Shown one piece after another: positions 35,501 to 43,593 of a stretch of 47,489 nt of DNA. This DNA is from Desulfuromonas sp. (GTDB taxonomy: Bacteria > Desulfobacterota > Desulfuromonadia > Desulfuromonadales > BM515), in assembly GCA_002869635.1 (NCBI GenBank), contig PKUF01000136.1:1-47489 (forward strand), read 5' to 3'. The position numbers were made by a program, and so were the translations under genes. The notes beneath the pieces are model-generated. The model made no database searches and was not told where the DNA came from. It saw nothing but the letters and a program-made list of their open reading frames with translations. Numbering within the stretch: the stretch's first letter is position 1; each line of letters begins with the position of its first letter.

Positions 35501-36315
35501 TTGACCGCGTAACGGGCACCACCGACGACGGTCTCAAGCGCCTCGTAGACGATGTCGCGCTGCGTACTGCCGGAAAAAGCAGCGGCACGGCTGTAGGCGT
35601 GGTTATCCTCCCATTCACTCGTCGCAGCCGCACGGGTAACGGTCCAGTAGTCCCCCCAGTTAGCCCCCCGCCCCGGCTCGTTGTCGGCAGCCACCGAGAC
35701 GTGGGTCTGAAGCAGCTCGTAGTTCTCATCCACGGTCACCGTGCGCCACTTGCTCCCCTGAAGGTAGGTATAAGAAAAGGAGTGATTAACCACCTCTTCG
35801 CTTGAGGCCTCAGCTGTAGCATTGGCATAGTTGAGATAGTTGCCGAGGGCGTAGGTCGCCCCCTTGGGCCCTGTGGCACAGGCTCCGCCATTGAGATTGG
35901 GGAAGTCGGTAACTCCGGCCCCGGAGTAGGTTCCGTTCTCCTGCAGGGCGTTTTTGACGATCACCTTGTCACAGGTGAGATTTTCAAGATCGAGGGTAGC
36001 ATTGACCAGTTCGATACGTGAGAAATCCCCCTGATTATCCCCCACGTAGATGTAGTAGGGCTGAAATCCCTGGTCGGCATAGACCTCTGTCGGGTCATAC
36101 GGCAGACCGGAGGCGATATTCATGGTTGCGGCACTATTATCGACAAGGATCAGAACATTCGGCTGCACCCCGCTTGTCCCTTCGGCCGAGTAGATCGCCG
36201 TGTCTCCAATGTAGTCGTCGGCGGCGCCGACCGGCCCGGCAAGACACAAGGCAAACAGAAGCCAGAGAACGATGCCTAACATACTTTTTTTCCGATTCAT
36301 AGAAACCTCCATCAA
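32545..36315 (-). CDS. pilY1: PilY1 tip adhesin (vWA-like N-terminal region plus beta-propeller)
   Basis: Signal peptide; LGDVLHSKP, VGANDGMLHAF, GERRGG, Ca-binding DTDFDGYTD, YVGDTGGQLWR, GWYIKL; follows pilX. Confidence 0.93.
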   Translation of the reverse strand: MMEVSMNRKKSMLGIVLWLLFALCLAGPVGAADDYIGDTAIYSAEGTSGVQPNVLILVDNSAATMNIASGLPYDPTEVYADQGFQPYYIYVGDNQGDFSRIELVNATLDLENLTCDKVIVKNALQENGTYSGAGVTDFPNLNGGACATGPKGATYALGNYLNYANATAEASSEEVVNHSFSYTYLQGSKWRTVTVDENYELLQTHVSVAADNEPGRGANWGDYWTVTRAAATSEWEDNHAYSRAAAFSGSTQRDIVYEALETVVGGARYAVNFASMVYGDNNSGGKILSPMQNLSDDTDFANFLNLLPGSGDTSSEPILSSATLRPQAEALYDAGYYFGADYDYITESTRIDPDIAKNCYNHIIIVTNGLSNGDGSPKLAQNIGDADNDSWPDEYVYGAGSHYLDDVAAWLKDNMGMTVHFVLAFQSSDMLVEGSAYDGGGVFYNVYDSNSLANAMTELLASIVAEVNSAFVAPVVPTSPENRTYSGSRVYLGFFKPVSQSSWYGNLKKYGLDSSSNIIDALGNIATNSDGGFKDTEARPTDTYTATSMWSVDAAGDRIYDGGRVEYGGSGSVMRKTALSSRNVYTYLGSNADLTHATNEFDTTNAGVTAALLGVDAAERDKVIDYILGVDSYASTMDLNGNGTADNIETRDWILGDVLHSKPQVVNYNTYTFTDENEANCSVNTSMVFVGANDGMLHAFKDCDGSEAWAFIPPDQLDKLSLLHQTVHNYFVDGTPVSYVYDKDNDGNIEVDDGDKVLLIFGERRGGSAYYALDVTVPDTPKFLWRIDSTVAGFSEMGESWSTPELGLVKHNVSGTLVDKVVAFIGAGYDNLNEDGRFGATQGFTNANVVVPTHDADDVVSTGTIVPPRNNSDTNITNNPKGRAVYAVEIAKLSTTGVPDFTNSGSLVWEFGYNGTDNTYNRKRMKFSVPSDVTVLDTDFDGYTDRLYVGDTGGQLWRMTAYQSSGELRPIASPEINTWFGKRIFEANARGTNDASLGTPPDEGWGRKFFYRPSVTFESGGVINLYIGSGDRAHPLNTNVVDRMYAIYDRGQRTNELITELDLVDVTDNILQSAEPMAYTGDCSNAADQSVTCVLERLYSTSTYGWYIKLDENPGEKVLANPLAFNKVAYYTTYAPNLEVSPDPCMPGNLGISRMYATNYKTGEAVLNFSNETNTPDSNNDEESTANNDRAQSKSGDVLRRADRSTELGVGIPSGLVMVMPASGDAEILVGCGGGLCSEDPVTGGTVLPVYWLWRR

Positions 36316-36330
36316 GCAGGTTTGAACTCT

Positions 36331-36873
36331 TTATTTGGGGACAACACGGACCACTTGGGCCTCGACCGAACCGGTCGCATTATTCGCACCGACAACCGCC
36401 AGATCTAGGGCATAGTAACGGGCCTGAAAATAGGTCGGATCCGAGCCGCTCCCCGGCGGCAGCGCCCCGGTGGCGATCCACTGCACCTTATTGGTCTTCG
36501 TCGTATCGAGCTGGGTCACCAATGCGGTCTCAATATCACCATCGTCATCGGTTCCGGCGATAATGTTCGATAGATGCTCGGTGACATCGGCAACATTGAC
36601 CTCGCCGGTTCCGATCGTTGTAAAGACATCTTCGTTGACCATGACATACTCAAGCGCCCTGTCGACACCGAACATCGCATCATGCCCGGTTTTGTAATTC
36701 CCCGAGATGCGCACCTCTGTGCTTGAAATGTTCAGTGAAACGGTGGCGATCAGACTCATGATGGCGAGCATGAACAGGGCCAGAACCAGAGCCAGACCCT
36801 TTTCGTTTGAGACTGTTCGTGCCAGCATCGCAACATGTTTTTCAGACGTGGTTGCATCTTTCATCATCGTCAC
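36331..36873 (-). CDS. pilX: Minor pilin PilX
   Basis: EKG/LALVLALFML lacking Glu5, typical of PilX; between pilW and pilY1. Confidence 0.85.
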   Translation of the reverse strand: MTMMKDATTSEKHVAMLARTVSNEKGLALVLALFMLAIMSLIATVSLNISSTEVRISGNYKTGHDAMFGVDRALEYVMVNEDVFTTIGTGEVNVADVTEHLSNIIAGTDDDGDIETALVTQLDTTKTNKVQWIATGALPPGSGSDPTYFQARYYALDLAVVGANNATGSVEAQVVRVVPK

Positions 36874-37880
36874 CTTTTATTTCGCAGCTGAAACAGGCTG
36901 CTCAAGGTTTTGGTTTTATCTCCCTCTTGCGACGTCACTTGAGCCGATAAGGTGACACGAACCGCCTTGATATTCTCAACTTCATCCGCAGGCAAGGCGC
37001 CATCGTCGGCCGGGTCCCACTCTTCGTCGGTCACCCCGGAGCTGCTGTTCAGAATATAAGTAAACTTCATCGCCGTAATACTGTCGGCAATCGCCCCGGC
37101 GCAGTTCGCATTGGTGCTGCCATTTACCGCCCGCCACAACTTCCACTCACTGACCTGTTCGGCACCGTCGCCGTTGTCATCGACATGCACAAGACTAAAA
37201 GCGATCTGGTTCGGTTCGCCTAGGGTCGGGTAACAGCTGCCGTTCACCCGGGTGATCAACGAACCGGCGGGGATGCTGAAGGTGTCGGTTGAGACAAAAC
37301 CATCGAGCGTCAAAGAGACCGGATCATTCCCATGATAATCGGTGCCCACGGCGTTTCTTCCAACGACCTCAAAGATCCGCCCCCCGGCGATCGGCGTTCT
37401 TGCCGCCGACGAGTAGAGGCGAACCTTATTAGGAGACTCAAAGTCATACACCGATTCGGGCAGATCGACCGCAAACTCAACCCTTGTCGGATTGCCCGTC
37501 TCGAGATCTCCAGGAACGGCGTAGTCTCTTAATTCAGTGTTGTCGTAGGGGGCAGGGTCAGATGGGGTAATCGGGGTCTTGGCAATCCGAATCATCCGCA
37601 ACGGCTCAGCCGCATTATTGATCGTGATCGTATCGCTTCCGGCCACCTGAACCGCATTACCGACCACCAGAAAACCGGCCATGCGCAGATCGTAGCCGAT
37701 CTTATCCATGGCGATACGTAGGTTCTGCTGGGCAACCGCCAGAGCATCGTGGGTCGTCGCTGTGCGCTGCGTCGTTTGGTACTGGCTTAAAAAAGCCATG
37801 GAGACGATTCCCATCATCGCCACAACGACCAGGAGTTCAACCAGACCGAAACCCTTTTGATTTAGAGATTTCCGCGCCAT
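36870..37880 (-). CDS. pilW: Minor pilin PilW
   Basis: G/FGLVELL, QQNLR.A...I..DLRMAGF, C-terminal V.V.L...LRN. Confidence 0.87.
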   Translation of the reverse strand: MARKSLNQKGFGLVELLVVVAMMGIVSMAFLSQYQTTQRTATTHDALAVAQQNLRIAMDKIGYDLRMAGFLVVGNAVQVAGSDTITINNAAEPLRMIRIAKTPITPSDPAPYDNTELRDYAVPGDLETGNPTRVEFAVDLPESVYDFESPNKVRLYSSAARTPIAGGRIFEVVGRNAVGTDYHGNDPVSLTLDGFVSTDTFSIPAGSLITRVNGSCYPTLGEPNQIAFSLVHVDDNGDGAEQVSEWKLWRAVNGSTNANCAGAIADSITAMKFTYILNSSSGVTDEEWDPADDGALPADEVENIKAVRVTLSAQVTSQEGDKTKTLSSLFQLRNKR

Positions 37881-38341
37881 GGCACCCCCCTGCTCTTAAA
37901 GGCAACCAAGGTCACCGGTTTATGTCGTCCATGTGCAGGCGTTACCGTCACGACGATACGATTCAACTCATTGATCCCGTTGTAGTCTGCCGAAACAGAG
38001 TAGGTTGCGCTGAAGGTTCCTTCCGTCGCCGAAGAGACGAGGTTCCCGTCGGAATCTATCGAGAGAAGAGACTCAACCGTCGAGGTCTCCGGATCGAAAT
38101 CCCAGACAACATCCACAGCGCTGGACTGCATCTCTGGCCGATCAGGATCCCAAGCAAGGATCTCTTCCAAAATCCCTTGCGCCAAATCACTTGAGGTCGA
38201 AAGAGAGTCTGACACCGAATTTGTCCGCAATGACATGATCTGCATATTCGCAACACTGAGCAGACCGATCGCAAAGATGGTCAAGGCAACCATCAACTCG
38301 ATCAAAGTGAATCCCTTTTGGCCTTTAATCTTGGGCTTCAT
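37862..38341 (-). CDS. pilV: Minor pilin PilV
   Basis: G/FTLIELMVALTIFAIGLL...MQ, LAQ..LEE; first gene of pilVWXY1. Confidence 0.88.
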   Translation of the reverse strand: MKPKIKGQKGFTLIELMVALTIFAIGLLSVANMQIMSLRTNSVSDSLSTSSDLAQGILEEILAWDPDRPEMQSSAVDVVWDFDPETSTVESLLSIDSDGNLVSSATEGTFSATYSVSADYNGINELNRIVVTVTPAHGRHKPVTLVAFKSRGVPWRGNL

Positions 38342-38381
38342 AGATATCCTTATCCTTGGTCAGCATTTACTGAAACATAAA

Positions 38382-38397
38382 AGCAAATAACACGCCA
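38382..38397 (-). promoter_or_regulatory. Sigma54 promoter of pilV-pilW-pilX-pilY1
   Basis: TGGCGTGTTATTTGCT, GG-N10-GC. Confidence 0.78.
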
Positions 38398-38444
38398 GAA
38401 TAAAGTTTCTTTGTTTTTAGAGAGTTAACAACACCATACGACAC

Positions 38445-38490
38445 AGTGCGCAAACTTTGCACGACCGTGGTCGTGCAAAGTTTGCGCACT
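38445..38490. repeat. Perfect 22-bp inverted repeat with 2-nt spacer
   Basis: AGTGCGCAAACTTTGCACGACC-GT-GGTCGTGCAAAGTTTGCGCACT. Confidence 0.95.
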
Positions 38491-39847
38491 AGATGCCATA
38501 CTCTTTGATTTTGTATAGAAGGGAACGCAGGCTGATTTCGAGAAGCTGAGCCGCTTGGGTACGATTGCCATCGGTCGCAGCGAGGGCCTTGCGAATGTAC
38601 TCCTCTTCAAGGAGGCGGGAGGCACGTTTAAGGGAAAAGTCACCGTTGTGGTCATGGCTGGGCACTTTGGGACGGGCATCGGGAAGATCGGCCACATCAA
38701 GTGCCGCCTGAGCTGACAGGAGGACTGCCTTTTCGATGAAGTTTTCCAACTCACGTACGTTGCCGGGCCAGTCCAACTGACACAATTGTTCTTGCGCCTC
38801 ATTTGTCAAAGTCGGCACCTCACTCCGTCCCTGACGACGGGCGGCCGCAGCAAGAAAATGCTCGGCAAGAGGAAGGATGTCATCACGCCGCTCACGCAAG
38901 GGGGAGAGTTTCACCTCAAGGACAGCGAGGCGGTAGAAGAGATCGTCACGGAATCGTCCCGCATTGACCTCCTGAGTCAGATCACGGGCGGTGGCGGCGA
39001 CGACCCGAGCATCCACCCTCTGCGGCCGGGTTGAGCCGACGCGGCGGATCTCTTTTTCCTGCAGTGCCCGCAGTAGCTTCGGCTGCAAATCAAGCGGCAG
39101 TTCGCCGATCTCGTCAAGAAAAAGGGTCCCACCGTCGGCAGCGGCAAAGAGGCCGGGGTGGTCACGATCAGCCCCTGAGAAGGCACCACGCTGATGCCCG
39201 AAGAGCTCGCTCTCTAACAAACCAGCAGAGATGGCGCTGAAGTTGACAGCGATAAAGGGGGCATCACTGCGGGGGCTGCGCTGGTGCAAGGCACGAGCGA
39301 TCAGTTCCTTGCCGGTGCCGGTCTCGCCGGTAACAAGGACCGGTGCCTCCGAAGGAGCGAGGCGGGTCAGAAGTCGGTCGATCTCGGCCATCGCCTCGGA
39401 GGCAAAGAGAAATGGGCGGTTCGGCTCCTGCCGTCGCAGAACGGCACGCAACTGGCGATTCTCCCGCGCCAGCCTCAGCCGTTCTTCGGCTTTCTTGACG
39501 GTCAGCAACACCTCGTCGGGCTTGAAAGGCTTGGAAATATAGTCGTAGGCCCCCTGACGCAAACAAGAAATAGCGGTGTCGATGTTGCCGTAGGCGCTCA
39601 TCATGATCAGGGTGACGGGGAGGTGGCGTTTCTGGACCTCACCGAGAAAGGTTTGACCGTCCATCTGCGGCATACGGATATCGCAAAGAACCAGCTCCGC
39701 CGCCGAAGCCTCCAGCAGGCCCAGCGCCTCTTCACCGCTGCTCGCCGTCTCAACCACATAACCGGAGCGCTCAAGAACGAGACGCAGCATATGCCGCATC
39801 CCCTCTTCATCATCCACCACCAGAATCGGCTGTTTCTCTGTCGTCAT
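38489..39847 (-). CDS. Sigma54-dependent (NtrC-family) response regulator
   Basis: Receiver domain, GETGTGKE, GAFSGA, WPGNVREL, Fis HTH. Confidence 0.93.
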   Translation of the reverse strand: MTTEKQPILVVDDEEGMRHMLRLVLERSGYVVETASSGEEALGLLEASAAELVLCDIRMPQMDGQTFLGEVQKRHLPVTLIMMSAYGNIDTAISCLRQGAYDYISKPFKPDEVLLTVKKAEERLRLARENRQLRAVLRRQEPNRPFLFASEAMAEIDRLLTRLAPSEAPVLVTGETGTGKELIARALHQRSPRSDAPFIAVNFSAISAGLLESELFGHQRGAFSGADRDHPGLFAAADGGTLFLDEIGELPLDLQPKLLRALQEKEIRRVGSTRPQRVDARVVAATARDLTQEVNAGRFRDDLFYRLAVLEVKLSPLRERRDDILPLAEHFLAAAARRQGRSEVPTLTNEAQEQLCQLDWPGNVRELENFIEKAVLLSAQAALDVADLPDARPKVPSHDHNGDFSLKRASRLLEEEYIRKALAATDGNRTQAAQLLEISLRSLLYKIKEYGI

Positions 39848-41337
39848 GCGTCGGTCCCATCACGGGGGAGGTAGACGGTCATCGCCGTCCCTTGCTGAGG
39901 TGTCGAGTCGACCTCGATCCTTCCACCGGCATCGCTGATAATCCGCTGACAGACCGCCAGACCAAGTCCCTGTCCCTTTCCCGGCGGCTTGGTCGTAAAG
40001 AAGGGGTCGAAGAGGCGCTCACGCAGGTCCGGGTCGATGCCACTGCCGTCGTCGGCGATTTGCAGCCAGCACTCCTCTACGGCCTGGCCACTACGCAGAG
40101 TGATCGTCCCTTGCGGCGCCGCGTCACGAGCGTTCATCAGCAGATTCACGAAGACCTGCTGCAAACGGTGCTGTCGCATCGCCACCTCGGGCAAAGTAGC
40201 CAGCTGATCAATCACGCTCACCCTCTCAAGCCCCCCTTGCGCCGAGAGAATGGAGAGAGTCTCACGTAGCAAAGCGACAGGTTCAAAACGCCGCGTTTCT
40301 TCCTCTGCCGGACGGGCATAATCGAGCAGATCGCGAACCAGACGATCAATGCGCGCCACCTCCTGCCGCGCCCGCTCGGCGAGCTCCCCTTCGGGGCGTC
40401 CGACAAGATCGCTGCGCAGCAGCTCGAGGTAGCCGACCACCGCCGCCAACGGATTGCCAATTTCGTGCGCCATACCCGCGGCGAGTTCACCGACGGAAGC
40501 GAGCTGGGCACTGCGCACCACCTCATCTCGCGCCTTGGCCAGAGCCGCGTTCGCCTCAGTGAGTGAGCGAATATGTGCTTCGGTTTCGCCACGGCTCGTC
40601 TTGAGAGCGACCATCATCCGATTGAACGAATCGGTCAGGGTGGCGATCTCGCGCGGCCCCTCAGCAGTGAGCAACGGATCAAGCTCTCCGGCAGCGACCT
40701 GCTGAGTCATCCGGGTCAGACGCTGCACCGGCGCCACCACCACTCGCCCAAGCAGATAAACTCCGAAGAGGGTGAGCACGGCACCGTCGACCAAGACAAA
40801 CAGGAGATAAACCCGGCGCAGATCACCAAGCTGATCAGCGATTGCGGCGAGCGGGGTGGTCAGCTGCACGGCACCAACAAAATCCCCCCCCCGCAACAAA
40901 GGGATCGTCACCCGAATCGTCCCCTCTTCGGCCCCGCTGCCGGGAAGCAGGGCCGGGGTGTAGTCGACCTTGAGCACCGATTCCATCTGCGCTTGGCTCT
41001 GACGCAGCTCAAGCAGCACCGGTTCAAACTCTCCATCACCACTATGGCCCGCCACAGAGAGATCCGGACTGACAACGACCCACGCAGTAAGGGGGATTGA
41101 GCTTGGCCACCGGCGACGTAAAAAATCGGCCGCGGAGAAAATCTCCCCCCCCCCCTTGGCCACCGCCTCGGCGGCAGCCTGTACGGTACGGGTATGACTT
41201 TCGATCAGGGCATTTTCCGTCGCCCGCAGCAACAACAGTCCAGCAAAGAGGAGCGCCGCCCCCATCAGCAGGACGAAATTAACCATGATTTCGCTGCGCA
41301 GCCCGATCTTTTCCCGCATCGTCATTTGCTCCTTCAC
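39844..41337 (-). CDS. HAMP-domain sensor histidine kinase
   Basis: Two TMs around a periplasmic domain, HAMP, AHEIGNPL, DDGSGI, FFTTK, GLGL; ATGA overlap with the regulator; start may be slightly downstream. Confidence 0.92.
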   Translation of the reverse strand: MKEQMTMREKIGLRSEIMVNFVLLMGAALLFAGLLLLRATENALIESHTRTVQAAAEAVAKGGGEIFSAADFLRRRWPSSIPLTAWVVVSPDLSVAGHSGDGEFEPVLLELRQSQAQMESVLKVDYTPALLPGSGAEEGTIRVTIPLLRGGDFVGAVQLTTPLAAIADQLGDLRRVYLLFVLVDGAVLTLFGVYLLGRVVVAPVQRLTRMTQQVAAGELDPLLTAEGPREIATLTDSFNRMMVALKTSRGETEAHIRSLTEANAALAKARDEVVRSAQLASVGELAAGMAHEIGNPLAAVVGYLELLRSDLVGRPEGELAERARQEVARIDRLVRDLLDYARPAEEETRRFEPVALLRETLSILSAQGGLERVSVIDQLATLPEVAMRQHRLQQVFVNLLMNARDAAPQGTITLRSGQAVEECWLQIADDGSGIDPDLRERLFDPFFTTKPPGKGQGLGLAVCQRIISDAGGRIEVDSTPQQGTAMTVYLPRDGTDA

Positions 41338-41470
41338 TCAAACGCACGATAGCACAGCGTCCGGGCAGCAACAACTCTTCAGGCAGGATGAGCCTTTGGA
41401 ATCACTGGCCAAATCCGTGTTGAACTGCTAAACGTCCGCGCAACTGACTCTACATCTCAAGGAGGCTCCC

Positions 41471-41698
41471 ATGCCCCGTACCCCGGCCGTCGACCAGGAG
41501 TGCTGTATCTCCTGTGAAGTCTGTACCCAGGTCTGCCCCGATGTTTTCGTCATGGAAGGCGAAGAAGAGGGGCATGGCCACGATCACGCCCACGGCGAAC
41601 ACAAGTCGATCGTCCACAACCCCTTCGGGGCGCCGGAAGCAACGATTGAAGAGGCGATGGACCGCTGCCCCGCCGCCTGCATCTACTGGGTCGACTGA
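41471..41698 (+). CDS. Single-cluster ferredoxin with His/Glu-rich insertion
   Basis: CISCEVC...CP and distal CPAACI; RBS AAGGAGG. Confidence 0.88.
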   Translation: MPRTPAVDQECCISCEVCTQVCPDVFVMEGEEEGHGHDHAHGEHKSIVHNPFGAPEATIEEAMDRCPAACIYWVD

Positions 41699-41740
41699 CC
41701 TCGCCCTCCTCGTTTAAGCGCCGCTGCGCCCGGACTCTTC

Positions 41741-42934
41741 GTGTCGTCATCCCGCAACATCCACCTGCTCTACGCCTTCTCTTTTTTGAAGATGACCCTC
41801 TTTCCGATGGCGGTCATCACCCTCTTCTGGAAGGACGAGATCGGTCTGAGCCTCGGGGATATTCTGCTGCTGCAAGGCCTCTTCTCGCTGGCGACCCTGT
41901 TGATGGAATATCCCTCGGGGTATCTCAGCGACCGCCTCGGCTACCGCCCCGCCCTGATTGTTGCCTCGCTTTTCGGAGTGGCGGGGTGGATTCTTTACAG
42001 CGTCGCCACGACCTTTAACGGGGTGCTGCTGGCCGAACTGCTGCTCGGGGTCTGCTTTGCCTTTATCAGCGGCGCCGACACCGCCCTGCTCTTCGAAACC
42101 CTGAAAGTTCAAGGGCGGCAGCGGGAGTACCCCCGCTTTGACGGCCGCATGACCGGTCTCGCGCAGATCGGCGAAGCGGCCGGGGCGCTTCTTGCCGGCG
42201 TGATCTACGCCGCCTCGCCTCGCCTCCCCTTTGAACTACAAATCGGCATCTGGCTGCTTGCCCTCGCTCTGGCGCTGGCGCTGCGCGAAATCCCCGTTAC
42301 CGTGGAGGAGTCACCCACTGCCCCCCGTTCTCATCTTGCCGCGGCGTGGCAGGTCGGGCACGACGCTCTGCGCGATCCCTACCTGCGCAGCACCCTCATC
42401 CTCACCACCTTGCTCGGTATCGCCTCATTCTACCCGGTCTGGCTGATCCAACCAGCGATGCAGGAGAACGGCGTACCGCTACCGTGGTTCGGACCGATCT
42501 GGGCCGGGGCCAACATCACCGTTGCGCTCTTCTCTTTCTACAGCCACCGCGCCGTCGCCTTCTTCGGCATTAAATCGCTGCTGGGACTCTTCACTCTGCT
42601 GATTCTCGGCGGCTACCTCGGCCTTGGGCTCTCTCATGCCCTCGGCGCCTTTTTCTTCTATTACCTGCTCACCGCCATGCGGGGGCTACAAGGTCCGATG
42701 TTCCGCCACCTGTTGCAGCAAGCGAGTCAGCGGCACAACCGCGCCAGCATCCTCTCACTCAAATCATTCCTCTTTCGCCTTCTCTTTGTCGCCACTGGCC
42801 CGCTCATTGGTCAATTTGCCGACAGGTCTGGACTGTTCAACGCCTTTCTCTTGCTCTGTGGCCTCTTTGCATTCACCCTTCTCATCGCCATTCCTCCTTT
42901 TCTCAGGCAGCTCACGATCATTAAGGAGGTCTGA
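41741..42934 (+). CDS. MFS transporter
   Basis: About 12 TMs, EYPSGYLSDRLGYR (motif A), SGADTALLFETL. Confidence 0.9.
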   Translation: MSSSRNIHLLYAFSFLKMTLFPMAVITLFWKDEIGLSLGDILLLQGLFSLATLLMEYPSGYLSDRLGYRPALIVASLFGVAGWILYSVATTFNGVLLAELLLGVCFAFISGADTALLFETLKVQGRQREYPRFDGRMTGLAQIGEAAGALLAGVIYAASPRLPFELQIGIWLLALALALALREIPVTVEESPTAPRSHLAAAWQVGHDALRDPYLRSTLILTTLLGIASFYPVWLIQPAMQENGVPLPWFGPIWAGANITVALFSFYSHRAVAFFGIKSLLGLFTLLILGGYLGLGLSHALGAFFFYYLLTAMRGLQGPMFRHLLQQASQRHNRASILSLKSFLFRLLFVATGPLIGQFADRSGLFNAFLLLCGLFAFTLLIAIPPFLRQLTIIKEV

Positions 42935-42942
42935 CCTGAGTT

Positions 42943-42979
42943 AAAAAAAACGCCCCGGCATCTTACGATACCGGAGCGT
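42943..42979 (-). terminator. Intrinsic terminator between convergent rdgB and MFS genes
   Basis: Minus strand CGCTCCGGTATC-GTAA-GATGCCGGGGCG then T8; GNRA loop; probably bidirectional. Confidence 0.85.
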
Positions 42980-43005
42980 CTTGTCTTTTCATCTGGACCG
43001 TGCGA

Positions 43006-43593
43006 CTAGTCGCCCTGCAGCACCTTCACCACCTGATCCAGCGCTTGGCCGCGGTGACTGATGCCGTTCTTCTCATCGAGAGGAATTTCAGCCAGACTCT
43101 TCTGTTTATCAGCAAGCCAAAAGAGGGGGTCGTAGCCGAAACCACCGTCACCCCGAGGAGAAGAGAGGATTTCCCCTTCGAGCCGACCGGAAAAATAGCG
43201 GCACTCGCCTTCTGGCAGACAGAGCGCCATAACGCAGACGAAGGCCCCCTGACGCCTTTCCGGAGGCACAGCAGAAAGCTCGCGTAGCAGCTTGGCGTTG
43301 TTGGCGGCATCGTCGGCATCCTCACCAGCATAGCGGGCAGAATGAACTCCTGGGCGACCATCAAGTACAGCAACCTCGAGACCAGAATCGTCGGCGAGGG
43401 TCATCCGGCCTGTGGCAGCAGCGATGGTCTGGGCCTTCTTGGCGGCGTTCTCGGCGAAGGTGTCACCATCTTCGATGACCTCGGGGAGATCGACGAAGAC
43501 ATCCATCCCCAGCACCTCGATATCGATCCCTTCAAGACGGCGACGGATCTCCCTCAGCTTGCCGGCATTGCCGGTGGCGACCACCAGTTCCAT
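43006..43593 (-). CDS. rdgB: XTP/dITP diphosphatase
   Basis: [41 protein letters not shown]; TAATG overlap with rph. Confidence 0.95.
   Translation of the reverse strand: MELVVATGNAGKLREIRRRLEGIDIEVLGMDVFVDLPEVIEDGDTFAENAAKKAQTIAAATGRMTLADDSGLEVAVLDGRPGVHSARYAGEDADDAANNAKLLRELSAVPPERRQGAFVCVMALCLPEGECRYFSGRLEGEILSSPRGDGGFGYDPLFWLADKQKSLAEIPLDEKNGISHRGQALDQVVKVLQGD

Noticed and set aside
38445-38490. Inverted repeat as CRISPR repeat, IS end or classic intrinsic terminator
   Set aside because: Single copy in the window, no spacers, cas or transposase, no U-tract on either side
42935-43005. tRNA downstream of rph-rdgB
   Set aside because: Only a terminator hairpin; no cloverleaf or T-loop motif visible
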